Positions 51,679 through 62,025 of a stretch of DNA of 64,000 nucleotides are shown here, one piece after another. The notes beneath the pieces are model-generated. The model did not search any database. It was not told where the DNA came from and was given only the letters and a program-made list of their open reading frames with translations. Source of the DNA: an uncultured Pseudomonadota bacterium (lineage in GTDB: Bacteria > Pseudomonadota > Alphaproteobacteria > Rs-D84 > CACZYB01); the NCBI GenBank assembly GCA_902785275.1, contig CACZYB010000002.1:1-64000 (forward strand), written 5' to 3'. A program made the position numbers and the translations under genes. Numbering within the stretch: position 1 is the stretch's first letter; the number at the start of each line of letters is the position of its first letter.

Positions 51679-51788
51679 TTTCTCTTTACTTACAATCGAA
51701 AAAAACTTCCATATTTTGTGGAAGTTTTTTTCTTTATTTATTACTTAAAATAGTGTAGACTCCTTTCTGTTCAAATAAGGAGATAATT

Positions 51789-51998
51789 ATGAATCAAACA
51801 GAAATTTTAAAACTAACAGAATACCTAAGAAATAAATTTGAAAATCCAAATATAAATTTAAAATTAAGTAAGTCCGATTCTGAAATGGCAGAAGTTTATA
51901 TAAATTCTGAATTTATGGGAACACTTTATCGTGATGAAGATGAAGGTGAAGTTTCATACGATTTCAATATGTCGATAATTGATATAGATTTGAAATAA
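51789..51998 (+). CDS. DUF3126 family protein
   Basis: YLRNKF.N, AEVYI..EFMG.LYRDEDEGEVSYDFNMSI. Confidence 0.85.
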   Translation: MNQTEILKLTEYLRNKFENPNINLKLSKSDSEMAEVYINSEFMGTLYRDEDEGEVSYDFNMSIIDIDLK

Positions 51999-52002
51999 AA
52001 AA

Positions 52003-52091
52003 CGAGGTATTGACGACCCAACCTTTAAATCCTTGGCTGCTTTCTTCCGAACCTGACCAGTTTGGTTTTAAAAACTGTCCGTCAAACCTCG
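52003..52091 (-). ncRNA. ffs: Small SRP RNA (4.5S)
   Basis: Reverse complement contains GGTCAGGTTCGGAAGAAAGCAGCC domain IV; ends pair CGAGGT...ACCTCG. Confidence 0.88.
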
Positions 52092-52180
52092 AGCTAATTA
52101 TATAAAAAAATAATAAAAAATCAAGTCAAAGATTTTCTTTGTTTTTTTATGTTGATTATTGTATAATCAAATAAGAAATT

Positions 52181-52960
52181 ATGAAAGATTATATCATGTA
52201 TAAAGATTTACATTTCGAGTATATAAAAGGGTCAAAAAAATCAAATGTGAAGTTTGTTTTACTTCATGGTTGGGGACATTGTCTTGAAAATTTAAAACCT
52301 ATCGCAAACGAACTTACTGAATATGATTGTTATTTGGTTGATCTTCCTGGATTTGGAAAAACACCACAACCCGATTCGGTTCTTTCTGTTTCTAATTATA
52401 CTGATATTATTGCGTATTTTATAAAAACTCAATTTTCAAAGAATGATAAGGTTTATATCGTTGGTCATTCTTTCGGTGGAAGAATTGCTGTTTACATTGG
52501 TTCAAACTATCCTGATTTAATTTCCGGTATATTTATCTTGGCTGGTGCTGGACTTAAGAAACATAAGAAAATTTTAAGACAGCTTATTGTGACCGGTGCA
52601 CGTGGCCTTCGCACTGTATACAAGGTTATGGGAAAGAATGTTATGACATCCGCACTTTACAGAAAATATTACGAGAAATTTGCAAGTAGTGATTATAAAA
52701 ATGCAAAGCCTCTTATGCGTGAAATTTTGAAAAAAACTGTGATGGAAAATCTTGCCCCAATTGCAAGAAAGGTTTCTGTACCAACAGTTTTAATTTATGG
52801 TGAAAACGATAATGTGACACCTGTTTATTTTGGAAAAAAATATAATAAATTAATTAAGGATTCAAAACTTTATGTTTTACCAACCTTTGATCACAACAGT
52901 GTTCTAACAGCTGGTAAATATCAGGTTTCATCCATAATTTTAAATAACATAAAGGATTAA
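52181..52960 (+). CDS. Alpha/beta hydrolase
   Basis: LHGWG, DLPGFG, GHSFGG, GEND, DH. Confidence 0.9.
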   Translation: MKDYIMYKDLHFEYIKGSKKSNVKFVLLHGWGHCLENLKPIANELTEYDCYLVDLPGFGKTPQPDSVLSVSNYTDIIAYFIKTQFSKNDKVYIVGHSFGGRIAVYIGSNYPDLISGIFILAGAGLKKHKKILRQLIVTGARGLRTVYKVMGKNVMTSALYRKYYEKFASSDYKNAKPLMREILKKTVMENLAPIARKVSVPTVLIYGENDNVTPVYFGKKYNKLIKDSKLYVLPTFDHNSVLTAGKYQVSSIILNNIKD

Positions 52961-52962
52961 AA

Positions 52963-54552
52963 ATGTTTATAACTTTGATTTTCTTGGCAACTATTTTCTT
53001 TGTATATAAAAGGACTTTATTTTACAGTCTTTTTTTTCAACAAGAACGTTACGAAACAAAATCTTTTTTAAGGTTTATATTTAAAAAATTTCAACTTATA
53101 GATAAAAGATTATCTGTAATTTTATTTTTCTATACAATATTTGCGACAGGTACAAAAATATATAATCTAGATATGAGTATTATTTCGGGATTGTTTTGTA
53201 TTTTTGCTTTGTTAACACCAAACCCACGTTCCGGTTTCGCAAAGAAAAAACTTGATATTACAAAAAGATTGAAAAGAATATTAGAAGTTTCTTTCGCTCT
53301 TGATGCAACTTTTTTGATTGCAATTTTGTTTTATATCCACAAACTTAATGTAAAAAATATTTACTGTTTCTGTGAAGTTATGGGATATATGATTTTGTTT
53401 GTACAAAGTCTTCCATTTATGTTGATTGTATCAAATTTGATTCTTTCACCAATAGAAATTTTTGTAAAAAAGCATTATGTATCAGATGCAAAATCAATCA
53501 TTAATAAATATAAGCCAATAGTTATTGGTATTACTGGTTCATTCGGTAAAACAAGTACAAAAAATATTTTGAATCATATCTTGTCATCCGTTGCATCATC
53601 AATGACTACTGCAAGAAGTATAAATACTTTAATGGGTATAACACAGGTAATTCGTGAAGAATTAAAACCATCATACAAATATTTTATTGTTGAGGTTGGT
53701 ACTTCGAAAAAGGGAAGAATAAGAAAAATTTGCAACCTTATTAAACCACAATATGGTATTTTAACAGCGATTGGTTCTGCTCATTTCGAAAGCTTTAAAT
53801 CAAAGGATGCAATCGCACGTGAAAAATTTGATTTGATAAAATCTGTTGTTGCAAACGATGGTTCTTATATTATAAATCCATTTTTGGTAGATGAAAAATA
53901 TATCAAAAAATTCCATGCGGACAAAACTGATTTTTCAACATCCGATGTTACCGTTACATCAAAGGGTATAAGTTTCACACTTAAATACAATAAACAAAAG
54001 TACGATATTTCAGCCCCTATATTTGGTACACATCAGGCGCAAAATATTTCCCTTACATTTATTATGGCACTAAAGCTTGGTATCCCTGCTGATACTATAA
54101 TTGCAGCCCTTAAAACCCTTCCTCAAACAGAACATAGATTAGAGGTAAAAGATCAGGGTGGTATGATAGTAATTGACGATGCGTTTAATTCAAACGTTGA
54201 AGGTTTCAAATCTGCACTTTCCACACTTCACATTATTGCAAAGGAAAAGAAGGGCCGTGCAATTTTGATTACCCCAGGTATGGTAGAGCTTGGCCGCGAA
54301 CACGATTCTCAACACAAAGAAGTCGCAAACGTTGCCCTTGAAACTTGTGATATTGTGATTGCCGTTGTACCAGAAAGAATAAAGGCATTTGTCTCAAAGT
54401 TCACTGCGGAAAAATCTGTTAATCAAGAAATCATTCTTGTAAACACTCTTGCCGAAGCACGCCAGTGGCTTTCTGCAAATTCGAAAAAGAATGATGTCGT
54501 TCTTTACGAAAACGATCTTCCTGATGTATTTGAAGCAAAAATAAACATATAG
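52963..54552 (+). CDS. murF: MurF-family ligase with N-terminal TM helices
   Basis: GITGSFGKTSTK, IDDAFNSN, TPGMVELG, LYENDLPD; hydrophobic first ~160 aa. Confidence 0.8.
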   Translation: MFITLIFLATIFFVYKRTLFYSLFFQQERYETKSFLRFIFKKFQLIDKRLSVILFFYTIFATGTKIYNLDMSIISGLFCIFALLTPNPRSGFAKKKLDITKRLKRILEVSFALDATFLIAILFYIHKLNVKNIYCFCEVMGYMILFVQSLPFMLIVSNLILSPIEIFVKKHYVSDAKSIINKYKPIVIGITGSFGKTSTKNILNHILSSVASSMTTARSINTLMGITQVIREELKPSYKYFIVEVGTSKKGRIRKICNLIKPQYGILTAIGSAHFESFKSKDAIAREKFDLIKSVVANDGSYIINPFLVDEKYIKKFHADKTDFSTSDVTVTSKGISFTLKYNKQKYDISAPIFGTHQAQNISLTFIMALKLGIPADTIIAALKTLPQTEHRLEVKDQGGMIVIDDAFNSNVEGFKSALSTLHIIAKEKKGRAILITPGMVELGREHDSQHKEVANVALETCDIVIAVVPERIKAFVSKFTAEKSVNQEIILVNTLAEARQWLSANSKKNDVVLYENDLPDVFEAKINI

Positions 54553-54575
54553 TTTTAAAAGCAAAAAAATATGTA

Positions 54576-54609
54576 AAAAAATACCCCGCCAATTTGACGG
54601 GGCTTTTTT
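54576..54609. terminator. Bidirectional terminator
   Basis: AAAAATACCCCGCCAATTTGACGGGGCTTTTTT. Confidence 0.7.
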
Positions 54610-54621
54610 GATATAAGATTT

Positions 54622-56220
54622 TTAAAGTAGGTTCAAAATCTTTTCACGACCGATACTTCTTATAAATCCAGCAAGCTTTGGACCCAAATCACGGTTTATA
54701 AGTATTTGGTAAAGCTTTTTGTAAATATCTGGTGTCAAACCAAATTCTGTTACCATATTGCCGATTTTGTTTTGAAGTTCTTTATCTGTCTGATAGCTAT
54801 CCCAATTTTGTGAAAGTTCATTACGTAAAGCACTAACAAACTTTGCTTCAACATCGGAAAGCTCAATATCAGTACGTTTTTCCTTGTTTATAATAAACTT
54901 GAAATCTTCTGGTGCATGATTTTTAATCCAAAATACAGCACGTTCCGCACGTTCATTGAATCTTCTTTCATCACGTTCGTTTTTGATTTCAGCTTCATAG
55001 TATTTTTTAGCCTTCCCAATATCGAAATCATTTATCTGCAATATGTTGCAAAGATGTCTAAAGCTTGGTTGGAATGGCATAACTTCTGGAATTTTTCCAT
55101 CAGCATTTAGTTGTGAAAGTTCGTAAATACGTTTTGCATTTGCACGTTTTTCATCTTTCACTTGCTCCAAACCATAAACGGTTCTTTCCATTCTATCAAA
55201 GTCTTCGTAATTCTTAAGCACATCCAAATCAAAAGCCAAATCAAAAGCAGCATTTGGTTTATAAGATGCAAAAATCCAACGAACCATTTCTGGCTCATAA
55301 ACATCAAGTATTTCTTTCAATGTGATAACATTACCCTTTGATGAAGAAATCTTTCCATTGAAACCTTTGATGCCAATATTATCATAAGCAGCATAAACCG
55401 GAGCATCCTTATTAAAAATTTCCTTTATGATAATAGATGCAGTATCTCTTGATCCACCAGCAGAGGAGTGATCACGTCCACCTGGTTCAAAATCAACCCC
55501 TTCATAAGACCAACGCATAGGCCAATCGATTCTCCAAGGAAGTTTAAGACGTTTTGAAGTTTTCAAATCTTCTTTACCCTCAAATCCACAAAGTTCACAC
55601 TTATAGGTAATAGTTTTTGTTTCTTTATCATAGTTTGTAATGGAAATTCTATCCCTGTTACAGTGTTGACAGTATGTAAGAAGAGGGGCCCAATCTTCAT
55701 CCAATTCACTTGTTCTAAATTGTTGAAGTATTTCGCCGACCTTGTCCTTATTATCCATAATGTGGATAATATTTTCATTATAATCACCAGCACGGTATTT
55801 TTTGTTTTGATAAATAAAATCAACATAGGTTATACCAACCCTTGGCAAATCACGTTCAAAAACCTTTTCATTATGTTCAGCATAGGAAGAGTATTCTTCG
55901 AATGGATCAGGCACATCAACAATAGGTTGGAATAAAAGCTCCTTTAATTCCTCTTGTTTAGGCATATTTGCAGGAACCTTTCTGAAAGTATCATAATCAT
56001 CCCAAGAATAGATGAAATGAACCTTCTTACCCCTTTGCATCAAAGCACGAGCAACCAAATCAACAGTGATAACTTCTCTGAAATTACCAAAGTGAACCAC
56101 ACCAGATGGAGTAATACCACTTGCAACAGTGTATGATTCCTTATCGCCTTTTTCTCTTATAACCTTTTCGGCGATTTGATCCGCCCAATGAAAAATTTGT
56201 TTTTGATTATTTTCTGACAT
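54622..56220 (-). CDS. lysS: Class I lysyl-tRNA synthetase
   Basis: ASGITPSGVVHFGN, KLPWRIDWPMRW, EPGGRDH, KISSSKG. Confidence 0.93.
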   Translation of the reverse strand: MSENNQKQIFHWADQIAEKVIREKGDKESYTVASGITPSGVVHFGNFREVITVDLVARALMQRGKKVHFIYSWDDYDTFRKVPANMPKQEELKELLFQPIVDVPDPFEEYSSYAEHNEKVFERDLPRVGITYVDFIYQNKKYRAGDYNENIIHIMDNKDKVGEILQQFRTSELDEDWAPLLTYCQHCNRDRISITNYDKETKTITYKCELCGFEGKEDLKTSKRLKLPWRIDWPMRWSYEGVDFEPGGRDHSSAGGSRDTASIIIKEIFNKDAPVYAAYDNIGIKGFNGKISSSKGNVITLKEILDVYEPEMVRWIFASYKPNAAFDLAFDLDVLKNYEDFDRMERTVYGLEQVKDEKRANAKRIYELSQLNADGKIPEVMPFQPSFRHLCNILQINDFDIGKAKKYYEAEIKNERDERRFNERAERAVFWIKNHAPEDFKFIINKEKRTDIELSDVEAKFVSALRNELSQNWDSYQTDKELQNKIGNMVTEFGLTPDIYKKLYQILINRDLGPKLAGFIRSIGREKILNLL

Positions 56221-56374
56221 TTTTAAACCTCTAAATTAAACATAGGAATATGATACCCTAAATTCAGGCACAGTCAATAAAATTAAAGAAAAATCTACTA
56301 AATAATGTAAAAACGTTGACTTATTTTTTTTTTTGTTAAAATAGAAGCGTAGAAACAATAAAAAAGGAGTGAAA

Positions 56375-56704
56375 ATGGCAGAAGTTAAAAAGAAAAAATC
56401 AGAATTAAATTATGATGATGAAATGGCTTGGAAAGAAAGAGAAAAAGCAATAGAAGAAGAGGCTCGTATAACTCATAAAAAGGCATATACAAGGGATACC
56501 CAACGACTTAGCTTTGGTCGTTTTTACGGTGAGGGCAATGCTTATAAAAATGCAACAACAGAGGATAAGTATTCAGAAGTTGAAGATTATACAGAAAAAA
56601 GTGATAAATTTCTAAAAGCATCGGCTAAATTTCAAGAAATATTTGGTTATACTCCAGGAACAAGAATGCTTAAGGGAATGCCTAATCCAAATGAAAAAGA
56701 TTAA
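56375..56704 (+). CDS. Hypothetical protein
   Basis: AAGGAG RBS; terminator follows. Confidence 0.65.
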   Translation: MAEVKKKKSELNYDDEMAWKEREKAIEEEARITHKKAYTRDTQRLSFGRFYGEGNAYKNATTEDKYSEVEDYTEKSDKFLKASAKFQEIFGYTPGTRMLKGMPNPNEKD

Positions 56705-56735
56705 AAAAATTCCCCTCAACAGAGGGGATTTTTTA
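56704..56735. terminator. Bidirectional terminator
   Basis: AAAAAATTCCCCTC-AACA-GAGGGGATTTTTT. Confidence 0.75.
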
Positions 56736-58205
56736 TTTTATCAAATTAAGCTGAGTATTATACAAATCAATATATTCCGCCGCCGATTTATCCCACGAAA
56801 AGTTTTGGTTCATCGCCTGCTTGATAATTCTATCCCAAATTTTCTTTTCATTTTTGTAAGTATTAAGGATGCGGTTGATACCATAAATGAAATCGTGAAC
56901 CGAGTAATTATCAAACAAGAACCCAGTCGCAGTATGATTTACAATAGTATTTTGGAAATTTGCATCAATGATGGAGTCAGCAAGACCACCAGTCCTTCTT
57001 GTGAATGGAACTGTACCATAACGCATCGCAAACATTTGTGTAAGTCCGCATGGTTCAAATCTTGCAGGGTTGATAAGAATATCACAACCAGCAATAAGCT
57101 GATGTGAAAAATCTTCATCAAAATCAACAATAGCAAATTGATCAGGATATTGTTTTGCAATATTTTTAAGTCTTGGTAAATAATTTCCCTGATCTGTACC
57201 CATAACAACAAGCTGAACATTATTCATAAGTATTGCAGGAATTGAATCAATCAAAATATCAATACCCTTTTGTTCAGCAAGTCGGCTTAAAATTCCGAAC
57301 AATGGAACCTTTGCATTTTTAAGTATGCCAAGTTTTGACTGCAAGTATTCCTTGTTTGCCTTTTTACCCTGAGCCACAGTATTCTGGTTATAGTTTTCCT
57401 TTATATTCTTATCGGTTTCCGGATTCCAGATGGAATAATCAACACCGTTCAAAATTCCGGTTAAAACTTCACGCCTTTTTACCAAAGTCCCCTGTAACCC
57501 ACAACCAAATTCATTTGTTTGTATTTCGGATGCATAAGTTGGACTTACGGTTGTAATCTTATCTGCGAATGAAATACCTCCCTTTAAGAAAGAAACCTGA
57601 CGGTAAAATTCCAATCCATCTTCGTTGAACATATAGTTTGGAATATCCAAATCTTCATATATAGAGAATGGGTAAACACCCTGGAATGCAAGGTTGTGTA
57701 TTGTAATCACAGATGAAGTTTTTATCTTTGGATTTTTACGTCTTAGTATTTCAAGGTAAATAGGAACCAAACCACACATCCAATCATTTGCATGTATAAC
57801 ATCTGGTGTCCAATCATCAATCTTGCCTTCTGCAAATTGTGCAGCCACCCATGAAAAACAAGCGTATCTTAAATAGTTATCTCCCCATGGATTTCCGCAA
57901 ACATCCGAGTATTGATTTCCGGCACGAAGGAAAAGTTCCGGCGCTTCAACCAAATAAAATTTTATTGGGTTTCCCTTAATTGTTCCCTTGTAAATATTTA
58001 TTTCTTTTGCTTTAAATTTATTTTCAAATTTATATACCGGAGTAAGTTCAGTAAATTGTTGAAGTATTGATGGAAACGCAGGCATAATATATCTTATGTC
58101 GATACCCGCTTTTTTAAGAGCACGTGGCAACCATGCACATACATCGCCAAGACCACCAGTTTTATTGTATGGAAATAATTCTGATGTAACAAAAAGTGTT
58201 TTCAT
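56733..58205 (-). CDS. glgA: Glycogen synthase
   Basis: KTGGLGDV, HANDW, TIHNLAFQG, EPCGLTQ, TGGLAD. Confidence 0.95.
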   Translation of the reverse strand: MKTLFVTSELFPYNKTGGLGDVCAWLPRALKKAGIDIRYIMPAFPSILQQFTELTPVYKFENKFKAKEINIYKGTIKGNPIKFYLVEAPELFLRAGNQYSDVCGNPWGDNYLRYACFSWVAAQFAEGKIDDWTPDVIHANDWMCGLVPIYLEILRRKNPKIKTSSVITIHNLAFQGVYPFSIYEDLDIPNYMFNEDGLEFYRQVSFLKGGISFADKITTVSPTYASEIQTNEFGCGLQGTLVKRREVLTGILNGVDYSIWNPETDKNIKENYNQNTVAQGKKANKEYLQSKLGILKNAKVPLFGILSRLAEQKGIDILIDSIPAILMNNVQLVVMGTDQGNYLPRLKNIAKQYPDQFAIVDFDEDFSHQLIAGCDILINPARFEPCGLTQMFAMRYGTVPFTRRTGGLADSIIDANFQNTIVNHTATGFLFDNYSVHDFIYGINRILNTYKNEKKIWDRIIKQAMNQNFSWDKSAAEYIDLYNTQLNLIK

Positions 58206-58228
58206 TTTCTCTCTCCCCTCAAATTATT

Positions 58229-59380
58229 CTACTTTAACCCAAGCATATATTTATAAATGTTTACAATTTTTTGTGGAATTGTATTTTTTGCAAAATTAAG
58301 TCTTACATTAGTAGAAAGCTTTTGCGAAATTTCCGCACGTTCTTCCTCTGTAATTTTAAGTGACCAAACAATCGCATCAATAAGCTCATTTATATTCTTT
58401 GGATCAAAAGTTTTGCATGTTGTATCGTTAAGAACATACTCTGGTGTTGAACCAACATTTGATGCAATAATTGGACGACCCAAACTTTCCGCCTCAAGCA
58501 TTGTTACCATTGATGCCTTTGGTTCAATATTTGTTGCAACATAAACATCGCTAAGCATTAAAAGTGCAGGGATATCCGATGTTTCACCGGCAATGTGAAT
58601 CATATCTTCAACCCCAAGCTTTACAGCTAAATTTTCAAGTTCAGTTTTATATCTTTTGTGTTCTTTAAATGAACCAACAATCACACAACGAATTCTTTCT
58701 CTAATTTCCTTTGGAAGTTGAGCAACCGCATTGATAAGTAATGATTGACCGCGATCTTTTTGTAACTTTCCTACAGTTGTGATGATAAAATGATCTTCAG
58801 GAATTCTGAAATCCGAAGCAGTTGAAATGATTCGTTCTGCACTTACATTTCTTGAATTAAAAAGATCGGTATCAACCCATTGTGGAACAATTGCGATTTT
58901 ATCATTTGGAATCTTGTATGTAACCTGAACAAACGAAGCCATATATTCACTTGGAACAATAACAAGTTTACCCTTTGAAAGATAGTTTATACGCTTTTTT
59001 GTAAATGGCCAGAATGTCTTTTTATAAATCTTCAAAAATGAAGTTATGTATGGAATTTTTGTAAGCTTTGAAATTTTGAATCCATAGAACGAAGAATGAG
59101 GAGTAAATGTATGGATTAAATCAATACTGTTAAGCTTTGCAATTTCAGTAATTTTTTTAATATTTCTTCTTACAACAAAAAAGTCGTTGGAATTAACAGG
59201 TAAAAGGTAGTGGTTTATACCTTCTTTTTTAAGTTCCTTTACCATTTTTCCACCAGCAGAAATTACGGAAACTTCAAATCCATTATTCTTAAGGGCAATA
59301 GCAATATCAATAACATTTTTATCAACAAATCCACGTTCAAGCGAGGACGCAATCATAAGCACATTTTTATTTTCAGACAT
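58229..59380 (-). CDS. GT4-family glycosyltransferase (divergent)
   Basis: SAGGKMV, DIPALL..SDV, LEAESLGRPIIASNVG. Confidence 0.8.
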   Translation of the reverse strand: MSENKNVLMIASSLERGFVDKNVIDIAIALKNNGFEVSVISAGGKMVKELKKEGINHYLLPVNSNDFFVVRRNIKKITEIAKLNSIDLIHTFTPHSSFYGFKISKLTKIPYITSFLKIYKKTFWPFTKKRINYLSKGKLVIVPSEYMASFVQVTYKIPNDKIAIVPQWVDTDLFNSRNVSAERIISTASDFRIPEDHFIITTVGKLQKDRGQSLLINAVAQLPKEIRERIRCVIVGSFKEHKRYKTELENLAVKLGVEDMIHIAGETSDIPALLMLSDVYVATNIEPKASMVTMLEAESLGRPIIASNVGSTPEYVLNDTTCKTFDPKNINELIDAIVWSLKITEEERAEISQKLSTNVRLNFAKNTIPQKIVNIYKYMLGLK

Positions 59381-59559
59381 TATTCAAAGATCCTTATTTT
59401 TTAATTGTATATATAATACTTTCTTATTCTTAAAAAGTCATCAAAAATTTAAAAAAAAATGTTTTTAAGAAGTAAATCTTAGAACTTTTAAAAATATAAT
59501 TGTTTTTTTTGAAACTATTTCCTAAAATAAGTATGATTTTGGACATAAAAGAACAGAAA

Positions 59560-60342
59560 ATGAAAAAAATATTTGTATCGTTTTTATTTTTTTTAAGTTT
59601 TGGGCAAAATGTTTTTGCCGGTGATTCTTTGTGCGAAAAAATAATTACCACATCAAATGAATTTTTGGGTAAGCCATATTCTCTTGGTCCACTTGGTGAG
59701 GGTAGGGGAATTGATACAGACCCACTTTACAGATTCGATAAGTTTGATTGTTTAACTTTTGTTGAAACTGTACTTGCAAAAACTTTTTCATCTGAAAATA
59801 ATTTTCCTGAAATTATGAATGATATAAGGTACAAAGATGGTTACGTTTCATTCGAAACACGAAATCATTTCCAAAATCCAGATTGGGTAAATAATAATGC
59901 AAAGTATGTTAAAAATATAAGTAATGAAATTTCAAAATTTATCTTAAACAAAGATGCCAAACAATCAGTTATAAATCTTGATAAAAAGTCGTGGTTTAAA
60001 AAAAATTATGATATTGATGTTGATGTAAAACCACAAACTGTTACACTTGATTATATCACACTTTCCGATTTCAAAAATAACATTGAAAAGTTCACATCAT
60101 TTGTTAATAAGCCATATATTTTTATGACTGTTATTTCCGATAAAACTTTACCACAAAAGGTTGGTACAGAAATTGATGTTTCACATACTGGTTTTTTGAT
60201 TAAAAAGAATGGTGTGCTTTATCTTCGTCATGCATCAAGTATTGCAGGTAAAGTTGTTGATAATAATTTTGAAAAGTATATCGAGAGGATGCAAAAAAAT
60301 CCCAAATACATGGGATTTTCTTTGATTGAAACTTGTAACTAA
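59560..60342 (+). CDS. DUF1460 / NlpC-P60-like MurNAc-L-Ala amidase
   Basis: Signal peptide; FLGKPY, FDCLTFVE, RNHF, VSHTGF, RHASS. Confidence 0.85.
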   Translation: MKKIFVSFLFFLSFGQNVFAGDSLCEKIITTSNEFLGKPYSLGPLGEGRGIDTDPLYRFDKFDCLTFVETVLAKTFSSENNFPEIMNDIRYKDGYVSFETRNHFQNPDWVNNNAKYVKNISNEISKFILNKDAKQSVINLDKKSWFKKNYDIDVDVKPQTVTLDYITLSDFKNNIEKFTSFVNKPYIFMTVISDKTLPQKVGTEIDVSHTGFLIKKNGVLYLRHASSIAGKVVDNNFEKYIERMQKNPKYMGFSLIETCN

Positions 60343-60350
60343 TTGGTTAT

Positions 60351-61835
60351 CTAAAATTTTAATGATAAACCAAATGTTAAACCAACACTTTTCCATTTTG
60401 AAACCAAAATTGCATCTGGATATTCGCCAACGCTTCCATCGGCAAAGTAAAGTGTAGTTTTTGCATTTTTGTTTTCAAGGTATTCATAGTTTGCACTTGC
60501 TGAAAGCATAAGGTTTTTATAAATATTGTATTTATAAGCAAAATCCATAGTATAACCCATACCTTGACCACCATCATCATTGAATGAAGGATCATGCATC
60601 CAATCGGTTCTGTTTGGCCAGTTACCCCAAACATGATACTTTGGTTTAAAGTATTCTATATAGAAGTTCAAATCTTCCTTATCTGAAATTTTTCTTTCAA
60701 AGTTAAGAGCGGCAAAAGGACCTGTCCATTCAACAAAATACATATGTGTAATACCTTCTTGAATCATAAGTGAAGACACACCACCAAATGCCATAAGCAA
60801 AGGTGTACCATCGTCACCAGCTTCTATACATACCTGATTTCCAGATTCTGCAGTATAACAGTAATCTTCTTGATAAATCTGGTCCCCAGCAGAAAGATTA
60901 ATTACACCAGAACCATCATCGTAAACTATTGCACCAGGGATGAACATATCTGCACTTGAAACAGTACCGGAAAGTTTGTTGCCATCTTCATCGGCATAAT
61001 ACATAACATCTTCCCAATATGATGCATCATTGTGGTCTGTAAGTTTTATACCAGAAGTACAAACATTATCATATGTTGAACCATCAATTGTAACTTCACC
61101 ACCATCATCTGCAAAAGTACAGAAATAATCAAGATAGAATGTTGAAGGTGTTGCGTGATCGAACATTGTAAAATCGGTCTTTCTCTTTTTATATCCGATA
61201 TATGGAGTTACATCCCAATTTCCGATTTTCCACAAATTTCTCATACCAAGGGCTATGGAAAATGTTGAAAGTTGAATATCACCACTTCCAAGGGAGATAA
61301 TGTGAGCTTCGTTGTAAATATCATCATCCGAAGTTCTTGTTGTTGTACCACTACCAGAGCCATAAGTTGCAGTAAATACATACTGACGATTTTTAATCAT
61401 AAAATCTTTTGTTGCTCTGAAAATTGTTTCTTTTGTATCAATTTCGTCCCAGTTAAGTATAGATCCTACATCACTTCTGAACATAAAGTGAGCACTATCT
61501 TTTCTATATAAAACATCAAGATCCCAACCCTTCACCGAGTGTTCTACGCTACTTTGATAAAAAGAAGTATAAGGTGTAACATTTTGTGCATATGTTGCAT
61601 CAACTTGATATTGCATATATGGATCATAGATAGGTTGTTGAACCATCTGAGGTACATTTTGTTGTACCTTTTTAACCTTTTCCTTTGGTTTTTTATCAGG
61701 AAAAGCCTTGTAATAATCTTCGTAAAATGAATCATAATATATAGGGGACCCCTCAGCTTTAACCTCGCTTGTCATAACAATCCCAGCACAAGCTAATACA
61801 AGCAAACTCCCTAATTTTCCTATATTTTTCTCCAT
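60351..61835 (-). CDS. Outer-membrane beta-barrel (omptin-like) with Cys/Asp-rich insertion
   Basis: Signal peptide, alternating aromatic strands, C-terminal ...GLSLKF. Confidence 0.6.
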   Translation of the reverse strand: MEKNIGKLGSLLVLACAGIVMTSEVKAEGSPIYYDSFYEDYYKAFPDKKPKEKVKKVQQNVPQMVQQPIYDPYMQYQVDATYAQNVTPYTSFYQSSVEHSVKGWDLDVLYRKDSAHFMFRSDVGSILNWDEIDTKETIFRATKDFMIKNRQYVFTATYGSGSGTTTRTSDDDIYNEAHIISLGSGDIQLSTFSIALGMRNLWKIGNWDVTPYIGYKKRKTDFTMFDHATPSTFYLDYFCTFADDGGEVTIDGSTYDNVCTSGIKLTDHNDASYWEDVMYYADEDGNKLSGTVSSADMFIPGAIVYDDGSGVINLSAGDQIYQEDYCYTAESGNQVCIEAGDDGTPLLMAFGGVSSLMIQEGITHMYFVEWTGPFAALNFERKISDKEDLNFYIEYFKPKYHVWGNWPNRTDWMHDPSFNDDGGQGMGYTMDFAYKYNIYKNLMLSASANYEYLENKNAKTTLYFADGSVGEYPDAILVSKWKSVGLTFGLSLKF

Positions 61836-62025
61836 AGTAACTCCTTAACTCAGCTTTATTATATCATAAAATAAAAAACCTTTCTACATATTTTTTTTAA
61901 TTTTTGTAAAAATTTGTCTTAAAAGTCAATTAAAAGAAATAAAGTTGACTTGTCTTTCTTTGTCTGTTATATTAAGATAACTTTTTGAAATTTTAATAGC
62001 TATAAACAAAATGGAGGTTTATAAA

